Assembly: GCF_963506605.1 (NCBI RefSeq)
Contig: NC_083288.1
Coordinates: forward strand, 46,500,001-46,564,000
DNA length: 64,000 bases
From: Zootoca vivipara
Taxonomy: Eukaryota
Direction: 5' to 3'
Part shown: positions 34,352 to 47,103 of the stretch, piece by piece
Position numbering within the stretch: position 1 is the first letter of the stretch
How the letters are laid out: every line of letters starts with the position of its first letter
Notes under the pieces: model-generated
Told to the model about the DNA's origin: nothing
Database searches by the model: none
What the model saw: only the letters and a program-made list of their open reading frames with translations
Position numbers and translations under genes: made by a program

Positions 34352-36304
34352 CAATCAATCAATCAATATACTTTATTCGACCGATAGTCAGAACAAAAAC
34401 ATTTCACAATACAAAGATAAACATATAAAACTGAAGGCATCAGGAGGATACATAAAATATAAAAAATATAAAACTGAAGACATCAGCGGGATACATAAAA
34501 ATATAAAACTGAGGGCATCAGCGGGATACATAAATGGGGTATGACCGCACTACTAAACCTCCTACAGGTAACCCACATCAAGACATTCGATTATACGTTT
34601 CCGACACTTGAGCGCCAGGAAAAGGAATTTAGCCACTGAGAAGGTTATTTTCCCAGTGGGCTTGTTTAGCAAATATGCTGCCTGCCGTTCTCTTGGTCGG
34701 GAACTAAACTGAGATAAATACGGGTCTATAAGATATTGCCTTAAATCATTATAAAAGGGACAACTCAGTAGAATGTGTTCTGTGGATTCTACCTCACCCA
34801 AGGCACAATGGCACATTCTCTGACCATATGGGACTCCTCCAAATCTTCCCCTCAAAACCGCCGAATCAAGGACATTCAGTCTAGCCGCAGTAAGTAGTCT
34901 GCGGTATTCCACGTAGTGGATATCCGCCAGGTAACGGGCTGGTGCAGACCGATACACCTGCTCCCCTAAAAACATCCCAGATTTCACGCGGGCTATGTCC
35001 TCCTGTCTGGCGATATCCCCCAATCTCTGAGCGATCATCGCTTTAGCGCGACTGAACGTCATGGACTCAATATAAAGGGAGGACAGACCGCACTTTTGCA
35101 CTTCCTCTACCACTTCCCTTTCCCATGGAGATTTAAAATTATCCCTCAGAATCAGGGGGGCCAAACCCATCGGTCTGAAACATAGTTTGAGCCATAGCCA
35201 TAATTTCGCTTTCAGGGCCACATACGTAAAGGCTTGGCAACCGGTCTCCAATCTCATGATCGCACCCGCAACAGAAGGGGGGATCCTGAGAATGGCCCTG
35301 AGGAATTGTGATTGGATGGATTCCAATCTTACAAAGTCCCTACGCGTACCCAAGGCAATGCCCACCAAAAGTAGTGGGAGAACTTTCATTTTAAAGAGTC
35401 GCAGGGCAACATCCACTGTTTGTGCCTGTTTCTTGGAGTACAGGGATCTAATCAACAGAGCTGCTTTAGAAGCATTTGCGGCTATATATTCTCTGTGTGC
35501 CAAGAAGGACCTGTTTGATCGAACTATCTGACCCAGGTATTTGAAGCAACTAACCTGCTCTATGGGAATACCATTAATTGACCACAAATTAGGTTTTGGT
35601 CGAGCAGCAAAGACCATTATTTTGGTCTTGGCATAATTAAGATGGAGCTCGTGTTGGGTCACGTATTCATGAAGAGCTCGAAGCATCCTCCTTAACCCAA
35701 TGGGGGAGGTAGCTAAAAGGGCGGCGTCATCCGCATACAGGAGGACATTCAAGGCTCTACCTGCTAATTTTGGCGGGTGGAAAGCAGCATTGGTCATATG
35801 GGCCACTAGTGAGTTAATATAGAAATTAAATAGGGCAGGGGCAAGCAAGCAGCCCTGTCTTACCCCTCTAGTGGTGGCAACCGGATTAGAGACTAACCCC
35901 TTGCCATCTAGCCTAATTCTCAGGAAGGTATTTGTATGCAGATTCATAATCAGCAAAAGGAGGCGGCGGTCAATAGACGTCGCTGCCAGTTTTGTCCATA
36001 GCTGGTTCCTGGGGATTAGATCAAAGGCCTGCTTAAGGTCGATAAAGGCGACATGGAGGGCTTTTAGGCCTTTGCCAGCATATTTGTCGGCCAGATGGTT
36101 CAGGATTAGAATTTGGTCTGTTGTCGATCTTCCAGGGCGGAAACCCGCTTGTTCCTCTGCGATAATATTATTGCTCTCCATCCAGATCGTTAATTTATTG
36201 AGCAGAAACCTTGAGTAAATCTTCCCGATAACATTCAGCAAGCTGATTGGCCTAAAATTGGCCGGGTCAGTACGCGGCCCTTTCTTATGTATTAATACAA
36301 TCAT
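34352..36304 (-). mobile_element. 5'-truncated non-LTR retrotransposon (RTE-X-like) with uninterrupted 580-aa RT frame
   Basis: FRPISLL, EEQAGFRPGRST, GVRQGCLLAP, LLYADD, C-terminal CxC..EHILLSC motif; AATAAA plus (ATTG)n tail. Clade assignment is tentative. Confidence 0.85.
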
Positions 36305-36335
36305 CTGCCTTTTTCTCCAAGGTCATAGAACACTG

Positions 36336-36949
36336 TGTCACGTCCCCAAATGGCTCATTCAAATGAACAGAATCCATCAAAGGACTCAGGGGTGGTGACA
36401 GCTACCTGAGGGAGTGTAAATGTGGTGTTTCCACTTCGCATTAACACCCCAGCACAGTCAGTTTGATATTTACAGTCTTTATTACATATGTACAAAAAAA
36501 GCTACAGTTCAGAATTATGTGTCCAAACCCGATGAGTCAGATTCAGGGAGTGGCTTCCTTCGATTCCCACACCAGCAAAGAAGGCGGGGGAATCGCGCGA
36601 GATGTCTTTGCCCCTTACATTTCATTTCCCTCCTTGTCTGTGCTGATTTGAAAGCCCCCTCTCTTCCAGAGTCTGAGCTCCCTTCCCAGACCTCTGGGTG
36701 GTTGAAGGGCTCTGCAGCATCCCTGAGCCCTTCCTCCTCGTGGCTAATCTCCACCCGCTCTTCCGCATGCTCTGTCTCCCCTGCTCTGCCTCTTCTGTCA
36801 CTTGCTTCTCCGAATTCTCCCTGGCAGTTAATGAGGTGGCTAAGGGGTACTTGGATGAGCAACAGAAACTATGGGGAGCATGTTGGTCTTTAAACATTTG
36901 TGAGCGTGTGTGTTTAGGGTAATAAAAAATACCTTCGTTACTGGGGACA
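36336..36949 (+). mobile_element. Solo LTR
   Basis: TGTC...GACA termini, 5-bp TSD CACTG, AATAAA at about 36921. Confidence 0.65.
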
Positions 36950-37020
36950 CACTGAGCCAAACCATTGTTCCATCTAGTTTGGTATTTTTTACACTGGCTG
37001 GCAGTGATTCTCCAGGTTGT

Positions 37021-37981
37021 AGAATCAAAGAATCATAGAATCATAGGGTTAGAAGAGACCACAAGGGCCATCCAGTCCAACCCCCTGCCAAGCAGGAAAC
37101 ACCATCAAAGCATTCTTGCCATATGCCTGTTAAGCCTCTGCTTAAAGACCTCCAAAGAAGGAGACTCCACCACACTCCTTGGTAGCAAATTCCACTGCCA
37201 AACAGCTCTTACTGTCAGGAAGTTAAATAAAAAAAATTCCTTCAGTAGCACCTTAAAGACCAACTAAGTTTTTATTTTGGTATGAGCTTTCGTGTGCATG
37301 CGTTGAGGTGGAATCTTCTTTCTTGTAGTTTGAATCCATTGCTCTGTGTCCACTTCTCTGGAGCAGCAGAAAACAACCTTTCTCCCTCCTCTATATGACA
37401 TCCTTTTATATATTTGAACATGGCTATCATATCACCCCTTAACCTTCTCTTCTCCAGGCTAAACATACCCAGCTCCCTAAGCCGTTCCTCATAAGGCATC
37501 ATTTCCAGGCCTTTGACCATTTTGGTTGCCCTCTTCTGGACACGTTCCAGCTTGTCAGTATCCTTCTTGAACTGTGGTGCCCAGAACTGGACACAGTACT
37601 CCAGGTGAAGTCTGACCAGAGCAGAAGACAGTCGTACTATTACTTCCCTTGATCTAGATGCTATACTCCTATTGATCCAGCCCAGAATTGCATTGGCTTT
37701 TTTAGCTGCTGCATCACACTGTTGACTCATGTCAAGTTTGTGGTCTACCAAGACTCCTAGATCCTTTTCACATGTACTGCTCTCAAGCCAGGTGTCTCCC
37801 ATCCTGTATTTGTGCCTTTCATTTTTTTGGCCCAAGTGTAGTACTTTACATTTCTCTTTGTTAAAATTCATTTTGTTTGCTTTGGCCCAGTTGTCTAATC
37901 TGTTAAGGTCATTTTGAAGTGTGATCCTGTCCTCTGGGGTATTAGCCACCCCTCCCAATTTGGTGTCATCTGCAAACTTGG
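37021..37981 (-). mobile_element. CR1 LINE 3' part, with a Penelope-like fragment inserted at about 37225-37301
   Basis: [21 protein letters not shown]; near-identical to 13490-14380; (CATAGAAT)n tail. Confidence 0.93.
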
Positions 37982-38132
37982 TTTTCTGATAGGGGACTTT
38001 CACAGCCCTACCAGGAGGTGACAGGCAATAAACCATACATGCCAAGCAGATTTCTCCTGAGTTATAGCCCTTCCCTAAATCCTACACTGTTCCTACATAA
38101 TGACAGCACAAGAGAAAAATCAAAGAGTATCA

Positions 38133-41100
38133 TTAATTCCTTCTCCTTATAAGTTGCTCTCGGTTGTTCAGCTCTGGCCTCAGTATGATGATATAGCATT
38201 TAGGGGCAAAGATGCAGCCCAATAGTCCAGCGCTGGAAGCTAAGATGGAGAAGATCTCCACCATCACCATGTATTTCCCTTTGGTGCTCAGGTAAGTTGG
38301 GACAAAGGACAACCAAACACTGCAAAACAGCAACATGCTGAAGGTAATGAACTTGGCTTCATTGAAACTGTCTGGTAATTTTCGGGCTACAAATGCTACA
38401 ATGAAACTGGCAATGGCCAGGAGGCCCATGTAGCCCAGGACACAGTAAAACATGACAACTGACCCTTCATTACATTGCACAATGGTTTCTTCTGCTGCTG
38501 AGTCCATATCTAGATCAGGGAATGGGGGAGAGGTTGTCAACCACAGGATACAAATATTTGCTTGAATAAGGGAGCAGGAAAGAACAATGGAATGAGACAA
38601 TCCTTTCCCTACCCATTTAGTCATGCTAGACCCTGGCATTGTAGCTATGAATGCAAGAGAAACCATGATAGTTTTGGCTAACACACAAGAAACAGCCAAT
38701 GAGAAGATGGTGCCAAAAGTTGGCTGTCGGAGAAGGCAGGTCACTTTACCAGGTCGACCGATGAACAACAAAGATGAGAGGAAGCAGAGAAGAAGAGAGA
38801 TGAGCAGGGTGTAGGTGAGGTTCCGATTGTTGGCTTTGACGATGGGAGTATCTCTGAACTTAATAAAAGCTGATAGCACAAAAACTGTGATCAGGGAAAA
38901 AGAAACAGCAACTGAGGCCAAACAGAACCCTAAAGGTTCTTCATAAGAAAGAAAGCTCAGAGTTTTGGAGAGGCATCCAGTTTTGTTCTTATTTGGATAC
39001 TCATCTTCTTGGCATTTTAAGCAGACATCTGTGTCTGAAATATTGAAACAGAACACATTTCAGTGCCAGCTCATGTGTGACTCATGAGCAATTATTTACT
39101 TTCCATGTGGTGGTTGTTTCTCACATTGACTTGAATTTTGTAATTCCAAGTGAACTAATGGTCATATAAAAGGCATTTTAATATTATTTCAATTATTGTT
39201 TGACAGCATAACTGTCTTAAAACCAAATGTACCTTAGATATGATTTTTTGTGTTTTTAAGGTCCTTTAATTATAACTTAATGTAAATCTTGTTGCATTCA
39301 ATGAGACTTACTCCCCAATCAATGCACATAGTATTGGAGCATTATTAGTTTGCAAATGTTATCTTGAGAAGATACTGGAAGGCAGTGGAAAAATATTTTA
39401 ATATCTTCCCAAGTTAGGTTGTGTGATTAAAAAATGCAGATCAGCATTGTAATTTTCCAGTTGTGAATTCATTTGATGCAACAATCTCTGTTAATCATCA
39501 CTGATGAATAAGTAATGTACTCCATCACCTACCTGTCTGGTTTGAAATCTTTCCTTCTGGGCATGGAGTACAATCATAGCAGCAAAATTTTTCCCCTTCT
39601 TTCCTTTTCTTCTGATGACCAGGACGGCAGTGCTCATTACACACAGAAAGAGGCATCCCCTATCCGTAATGAGGAAAGGAGTTTTAGCTGGTAAAATGTT
39701 CACACATGCTCTCCAATTGCTGGTCATCAAGCAAAAAAACAAAAAACAAACTGACTGCATTTGAAATTATACCACAACAGACCACATTTGGTCGAACTAT
39801 ACAGTATCATCTATACAGACCTGGATCTTCCCCATCTGTTCTTGGAGATATTAATTCTGAGCCTGGAACCTTTTCCATGCAAAACAACCAAGACATGCAA
39901 CATGTCCAATACAAATAGGGACAGCCATCTGGTTGCCCATCAATACATTTTAGCTTTGTGTTGAAAAACAGAGAGCTACCTAGTAGTTCCATTTCCTTTT
40001 TTTTCAATGTGCTAGATAGTCAGAAAATTCATTGAATGGTTATGTTAGGCTAGGGTGCATGGGTAGTTTCTGTCACCTGAACAACCCATCTGAAGAATGA
40101 AAGGTGCCACCAAAATTCCAAAGATCCCATACCTGGTTAAAGCTTCTGTACCAGTCAATTGTATCTTCATGAATGGTTATTTTCTCCCCTTCAATAGCAT
40201 CAGGATTGACCTGTCCAATTTTCACTCTAAGATAGGAGTTGTTTGGGAAAGTGATTGTGTTCACAATGTCAAAGCCACTTGCCATTTCCCTTTTATCATT
40301 AAAAGACACTGTTTCACCAGCTGAATTGTTAAATGAGATGTCTTGGAGAATTGCGTCGAGCTAATTGAAAGGGAAAATAACACAAATGGACTGAGAGTAT
40401 AATTTTTATGTACACAGGCAATCCCTGATTTGTGCATTCTTGGACATTGTGCGCGTCTGTGAAATCATTTGCAATTGAAAAAAGCCTGCACTCTGCCCCG
40501 GTCCCACCTTTTTGTGATATCTTTTATTATGTTTCGGGGTCACTTCTGGGTTTTCTGCTGTGTGCATGTGTGCAATCATGCACATATTGGTCGTATCCAA
40601 AAAGGGGGGTGCCTGCATTAAAAATGAACTGTTTTGACATAATAGATGCAAAATACTCCATGCAGTGGTAGAAAACATAAATATATGTTGAATTTCAATC
40701 TAGAAGAGAAATTTGTGAATCTGCAAATCTTAGACCGATGTGCAACACTAGTCATACTTAGAGTAGATCCAATGAAATTAATGACCTTATGACGAACAAT
40801 GCTATTTCATCATTTCTGGGTGAAATGAGTAGGATTTACCTGCCAAGCTTGCAGATCCTGAAATTCAACAGGTTTACTGCCAACCGTTGTTCTGTCCTTG
40901 GATCTTGATGAGTAAATAGCATGCAAAGCATGAGCCGCGGCATAGACAGCATTGTAGATGCTGTAACTCTCACCAGTCACATCCATTTCAAACACAGGCC
41001 TAGGAAGGCTCTGAAATTTCTCATCCCCAGTACACATTCCATCTAGCATTTCAGGCACACTGGGGTTTGAAAACGAACAATCAAATGCTTGCTCCCAGAA

Positions 41101-44100
41101 GTCTTTGAGAAAGCCATCCCCTTGTATCACACCAGGCCTTGTGTTCTGAAGAAATTCATCGAATCCTGGAAGATCTTTGGAGTGAATTGTGAAAGAAATA
41201 GCACCTTGGAACAGCTGGAAATCCCAGGTCCTGTGAACACTTGTTGAAACAAAATCCACCTGGGATGTCATAATCCACACCTTTGCAAAGGTTGTGTTTC
41301 CCTTCTTTGATGGATCTCCGAGAAAAATAACAGTTCTGAGCCATGCTATTGTCAAAGCCTCTCCACTGATGATAAAAGCATTGACTTTATCATCTGTAAA
41401 ACGCTCAAAAATACTAGAGAATTTATCCAAAACTTCACCCATTTTGTCCCAATGAGCTTCTCGTGGTATTCTTTGTGTGAATGCTGAACAGATGCCATTC
41501 AGTGAGAGCAATGCGTCTACTATCTGCAAGAAACGTTCTCCCATATCACCAGCCACAGCAAAGAGCCCAACCCATGTCCACTTGAAATGCTGAAGAAGCT
41601 CGATAATCCCCATATATTGATGAGATTCATTTTGGACCATACGGTAAAAGAAAGGGACCTGACGTTCATCACTCTCCTCTGGAGGAAAGGAGCCATATGT
41701 GAGCTAAAAGGAAATGTGCATATATTTTAGAGAGATATTAGAAGTTTCCTTGCAAAATACTATTGACTTAACAAATATTTGATGAAGTAATGTGTAAGTT
41801 CACTGCAGTTGAATCCATGAACTGTTCCAGCTGTGTGGGAGAATCTATCTGGCTAGTAGGCCAGATGAGCTCTCCTACTTCTTCTGGGCCAAATCTGACA
41901 GGTGGGCATGGCCATCATGTGATGGTTGATGAGACTTCAAAGCAGTATGCAGGAATTGCAAAGAGCCCTGTCTGGTGCTTTGAAGCACCACTGATCAGCA
42001 GGCTTGCAATTGGCACTAATCAGCCGATGGACAGTGACTTCAAGCCTGCTTTCTTCCAGGGTCATCTGAGCTCAGAACTTTTTTGATGCCTGTCCTAAGA
42101 ATATGAGGAAGCCACCTGAATCAGAAAAAGCCCAACTAGTCCAGAATACAGTTCTCACAGTGACCAACTACATGCCTTTGGGAAGCCCAGAAGGGGCTCT
42201 GCAGTGTCTTGGTGGAGTGTGTGTGTGGGTTGTGTACATCAAGGCAATATTGGATGGTGGCCATGCGCATAGATCTGACTGTGGCTCCCTACCTACCTCG
42301 GTGGTGGATAGCCAATATTAATCCTCAGAGTAGGGACAGATGAATCCATCAATGTTGTGCCTCATTTCTCCAATCTTAAATTCAACTCTCCCAATTTACA
42401 CACAAGTTTGCATTATTTTAAAAAATATATATCAAAAAGTCATTGTGAGCGTTTGTTAGTATTTTAATGCACAATTCTTCTAAAACACCCAGTTTTCTTT
42501 GTGATTTGCCTTGCATATATGTTTTGATACAATGCAATTTTGGATGTTATTTTATTTATGAACAGCTTCCTATAACACACTGGAAAGCAATTTAACAATA
42601 AAAAGCATGTATTTGTGTTCGAGGGGATTATCTGGGGGTTGTATCCACAGTTTTGTTTTCTCAAAATTCTAATATATAAGCTATATATTATATAATGCTG
42701 GAACAAGACCACCCACTGATTTTTCAGATGGCATGCAATGCCGTCCAGCATGGGTTGACCATCTTGTAGCCAGACAAGGGAAACATAAACTCACAGGAAT
42801 TCATTCTTGTCAGGACTAAGTCTCAGTCAATACATTCCATCTTTATTTGAATGGCAAATGCATAATTTGTGGGGGGGGGAACCCATGTTCCCATTCATAG
42901 ATCCTACCTGTGGAATATTGTAGTGATCAAGGATCTCTGCCATACGGAAGGAGATATCAGCACTAAGTCCCCCAATGATGGCTATGTGATTTTTCTGCAT
43001 GTCACATTTGTAGTTGGGGAAAAATCTATGTGATTTGAAGAGCAGATCCAGAGTGGTCCTGTATGTCATTCTCTCATCAAAGTAGCTGTCATAGATATGG
43101 AACCCAAGTGTGACATTGGGCAAGATCTTGAGGCTTTCATGTATTTCATTCACAGCAAATGCCAAAGCCAGATTGTGCTGGTAGAACTTTGTCACTACAC
43201 TGCAAAAAAAAAAAAAATCATTTACAATTTCAGATTAAGAATTCTTCAATTAGTTCCAATGGATGAGGTAGGGTTTACTTCTGTGTAGATGCATATGCAC
43301 CATGATTCTTGAAAATGAGAACCCATTGAAATCAGTGAGACAAGTTGGTCGTGATTGGAAGCTGAACTCACTCAGTGCTACCCTATATAATCCTACTTGG
43401 AAGACAGTGCTTTTCTCTATTAAAAAAATGTTTAGGGATAATCTCATTTTCCTACTCAAATTGAGGCCAAACTTAGATTCACAACATGTTTAGGGGTATG
43501 CATCCCCCCCAAAGGCACTGTTGGATGTGAATCCTCTGAGTTTTATGGATCATACTCCCAGTTATAGGATTGCAGTTTTAGTTTGGATCCAATCACCATC
43601 TATTATGAAGTCTGAATAGTCTATCCTAGTTTTTGCTAAATTTTCTGTTCTGAACTTGATAGCTGAATGAACTAAGCCAATCACCCCCCCCACATTCCCC
43701 TACCTGTGACCACTTGATAATTGTTGAGGGTCTTGGCAGACCATTTAATGATGTTTCTGCTTGTTGTATCTACTGTAATGGGGAACACTGGCCTGTGAGA
43801 ACTCCAGTTGGAGAACAACCTTTACCAAAGGTGTCATGTGTTTTGAAGATGCTTGAATTCAGGACAAAAGGGAGAAATGTGCTAAGAGGAAGGCACACTT
43901 GGCAAACCCTCAGCATGATCAACTCCCACCCAGAAACCTATGTCCCCACTGTGGAAGGACGTGTGGATCCAGAATTGGCCTCCACAGTCACTTACAGACT
44001 CAACAGTGTTCATGGAAGATAATCTTACTCAGCTACGAGTGATCGCCAAATAATGTTTAGTGCTAGGTGCTGTATGATTTTTATTTGCATTTTTACAGAC

Positions 44101-44866
44101 ATGCTATGGACAACATTGTTGTTGTTGTTGCTGCTGCTAAAATCAGTATACCGCTCTTCATCTGTAGATCTCAGGGTGGTTCACAACATAAAATTACAAG
44201 ATATAAAACAGAAAATACATGATGTGCAGCCACAGTTGGGGAACCCCTAAACTAAGCTCCTCAGGCATGTTCTTATTTCTGTAAAGCTATACAGCAGTAA
44301 GCAAGCCACATGTCCCCAGAACATGTGGGGAATCATTTAGACTTTTGTTGCTAAGCCAGGTTTCAGTGATTTGGGTAACCTGAGGTTAGTGTTCTGGAAA
44401 GACAGGAGAACATATCTTGCTCCATATCCATATGTTGCTTTCCAAAATAAAAAAGAATTGTCATTGTTGCAGAACAAAATCCACTTTTACTTCCTGTAAA
44501 ATTAGTTGACTTAGAAATAAGTGACTGAGAAAGTTGAGTACCCCTGGGGCAGAATGACCCTACATGGGCTTCCTCTCAATTGTTTAGATGAATGTCTGTG
44601 AACTGGCGAGGCTCAGAAGGTGCATTGGAGAGGAAGGGGCAACAGCCTTACTATGGAATCTCAAACATATTCTGCGAAGGGTGTTCCTTGAAGTCCACTT
44701 CATAGAAAACATAATACATCTGAGAAATAACCCCACCAATGAGGAGGTCACCTGGATGATACCACTCATGTGGAACAGGGAAAGGATCGTTTCTGGGACA
44801 CCTGAGAGTATCTGCTTTAGACACAACAGGAGTTAGGAGAAGCAGCAATGATAATGACCACAACAT
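38133..44866 (-). CDS. Vmn2r: V2R vomeronasal receptor gene C, intact, ~875 aa
   Basis: e1 44866-44652, e2 43199-42908, e3 41703-40840, e4 40360-40133, e5 39659-39533, e6 39034-38133; GT-AG and phases consistent (2628 bp). Confidence 0.92.
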
Positions 44867-46329
44867 CCTAGCATCAAGGCTAGTTCTCTCTAAATGTGAA
44901 CTTTCCTGTGTCCATCCATACTCGCTGCTTGGCTAAAGCAGCCTGCAGTGGATGTTGCCTGGCTCTGCCAAGGCAACCGTAGAAAAGGCATTTGCAATAC
45001 TTATTTTTAAAATCAAAGGGTAGCAAATAAATGCCTTGAATACTAGCTGGGTTTTTTTCCAAAATTTGAGTTCTCTCCAATGATATTAAATGGCTGTGTG
45101 TGTCGGAAATCCAAGCGACAGAGTCCCTCCTGCCTCTTTCCTCTACTCTCAACTCTCCCAAGTTGAGAGAGTCCAAGGGAGAATATTTGTAAGAACTTCC
45201 AGGCTTGCTTATGGTGCCACCTAGAAATGTTTAGATCTTTTGGCCAGGTGAACTAATTACACTACTTGGGATAATTGCAGGGAGAGATAATTACTTCATC
45301 TGAGTTTTGGCTCTGAGTAGCAATTTTGCTCCCCACTCCTCCGCATCTGACCACAAGTCTCTTCTGCTCTTTTGTGACAGAATAAGTTATCCATGGTAAG
45401 CAAACAGCAGGAGGAGACCTGTGCCTTTGGGGACACAAAGCATGAGAGCCAACTCTTGAAAAAAAGGCCACTACGGAACTCCAGTTTTTGTGGGCTCCTA
45501 AAGTCAACATTTATCCATACAATGCAACTGCTGCTAAATTTTTGAACAGAATATATTAGAGGAGAGGTGATCCTTAATCTAATTCAAAACAGTGCCTAGG
45601 ATTTGGTATGAGATGGGACAGTGTTGCATTATTTAACTGTTATTATTCTGGTTTGTGCTACCTGAGTACTCTTTGTTAAAGGGCAGCACATATATACAAT
45701 ATAAATGAATGAATAAACAAATAAATAAAACTAAGCAAAGTTGAACCCTCTTGAGATAAAATTCAGCACATATGTCCATGGGGAATTGTCCAGAAAGACT
45801 GAGATGGTTATTGCAAAATAAATAAAATATAATATGAAATTAGTTAAGAGGAGGCTGCAGGGAAGAGTTAATTTGTATGCTCATCGGTGGGGTCTTTCAT
45901 CTGTTTTGCACAATGTCTCTGGAGTAACGGATCACAGCCTGATACAGGTGTCTTGCTTATGTGCACAATCATGAATGTAGAACCTTTGGCCCTCCAGATT
46001 TTTCTGAACGATGACTCCCATTATCCCTGGTCATTGGCCATATTTGCTAGGTCTGATGGGAGTTGCAGTTCAGCAACATGTGGAAGGTCAAAGGTTCGCC
46101 ACCCCCATTTCAATGGAACACTTGCTAGGAAAAACATTGTGAATGTTCCCCATCACTGTGTGTGTAAAAGAGAAATTTATTTTATTTTATTTTATAAATC
46201 TAAACTTCCAAGTATGGGTCTGAATTTCTCCCACAAGAGTGTAAAACTTTGGAGTCCTTCATCATAACCACTATAGTAAATCTTTGAATATATATATCAA
46301 AACAATAAGATAAAAAACAATGGTCTTGT

Positions 46330-46407
46330 TCAGTTCTTACTCATTATTTGCTCCCTATCTTTAAGCTCAGGCTTCAGCACAATGATGTAAAATTTGGGGG
46401 CAAATAT
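46330..46407 (-). pseudogene. Isolated V2R exon-6 C-terminal fragment
   Basis: Translates IFAPKFYIIVLKPELKDREQIMSKN*. Confidence 0.75.
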
Positions 46408-46862
46408 TCAATTACATTATGTAATGAGCCTCCTCCTCCTCCGCTCTCAATTTAAGTAGCAGTTTCAATGCAACATGAAGAAAACTGTGCCTCCATTACC
46501 CCCAGCTACATGGTTGGGGGAACTTTTCTCCAGAAAACTAATAATTGGGAACTCATTTCAAGATCCTGATTCTTCTGCAAATGACACATTGGTACATTGT
46601 CCTACACTTGATGTCACATACGATGTCAACTGTGGTACAAGTGGATGTGGTTTGTGAGGGATGTCCTGACAATTGGAGCACCTGCTGGGCAAAATTTGGG
46701 AAGGTTCCTCACCCATATGCTAGTATGACAAAGCACTTTAACAGTAAAAAATATATATCCAAATTTACAAGTATGTGTTTGAATAGCTTCCTCAATCTGT
46801 CAATCATCCACTCACTCCACCCTTCTGAGTAATACCTCCCCCCCACCATCTGACTTCTGCTT

Positions 46863-46996
46863 CAGTGTATCTGATAAAGTGTGCATGCACACGAAAGCTC
46901 ATACCTATGACAAACTTAGTTGGTCTCTAAGGTGCTGCTGGAAGGAATTTTTTTATTTTGTTTCGACTACGTCAGACCAACACGGCTACCTACCTG
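46863..46996 (+). mobile_element. Penelope-like element terminal fragment with minimal hammerhead-ribozyme motif
   Basis: gtat-CTGATAA-A-gtgtgcatgcacac-GAAA-gc-TC-atac; related copies at 37225-37301 and 60597-60794. Confidence 0.65.
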
Positions 46997-47103
46997 TTCC
47001 TCAAAAGAGTAACACTGTGGATTCAATCAAAGTAACCACCTCTATTGTAAAACCCAGAATAAAAGCAAAAAAAACCCCAGTAAGATAAAAATGAAGGTAT
47101 TGT

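Noticed and set aside
44651-44653. Apparent premature TAG at the end of gene C exon 1
   Set aside because: The codon is split by the intron: TA plus T gives TAT after splicing.
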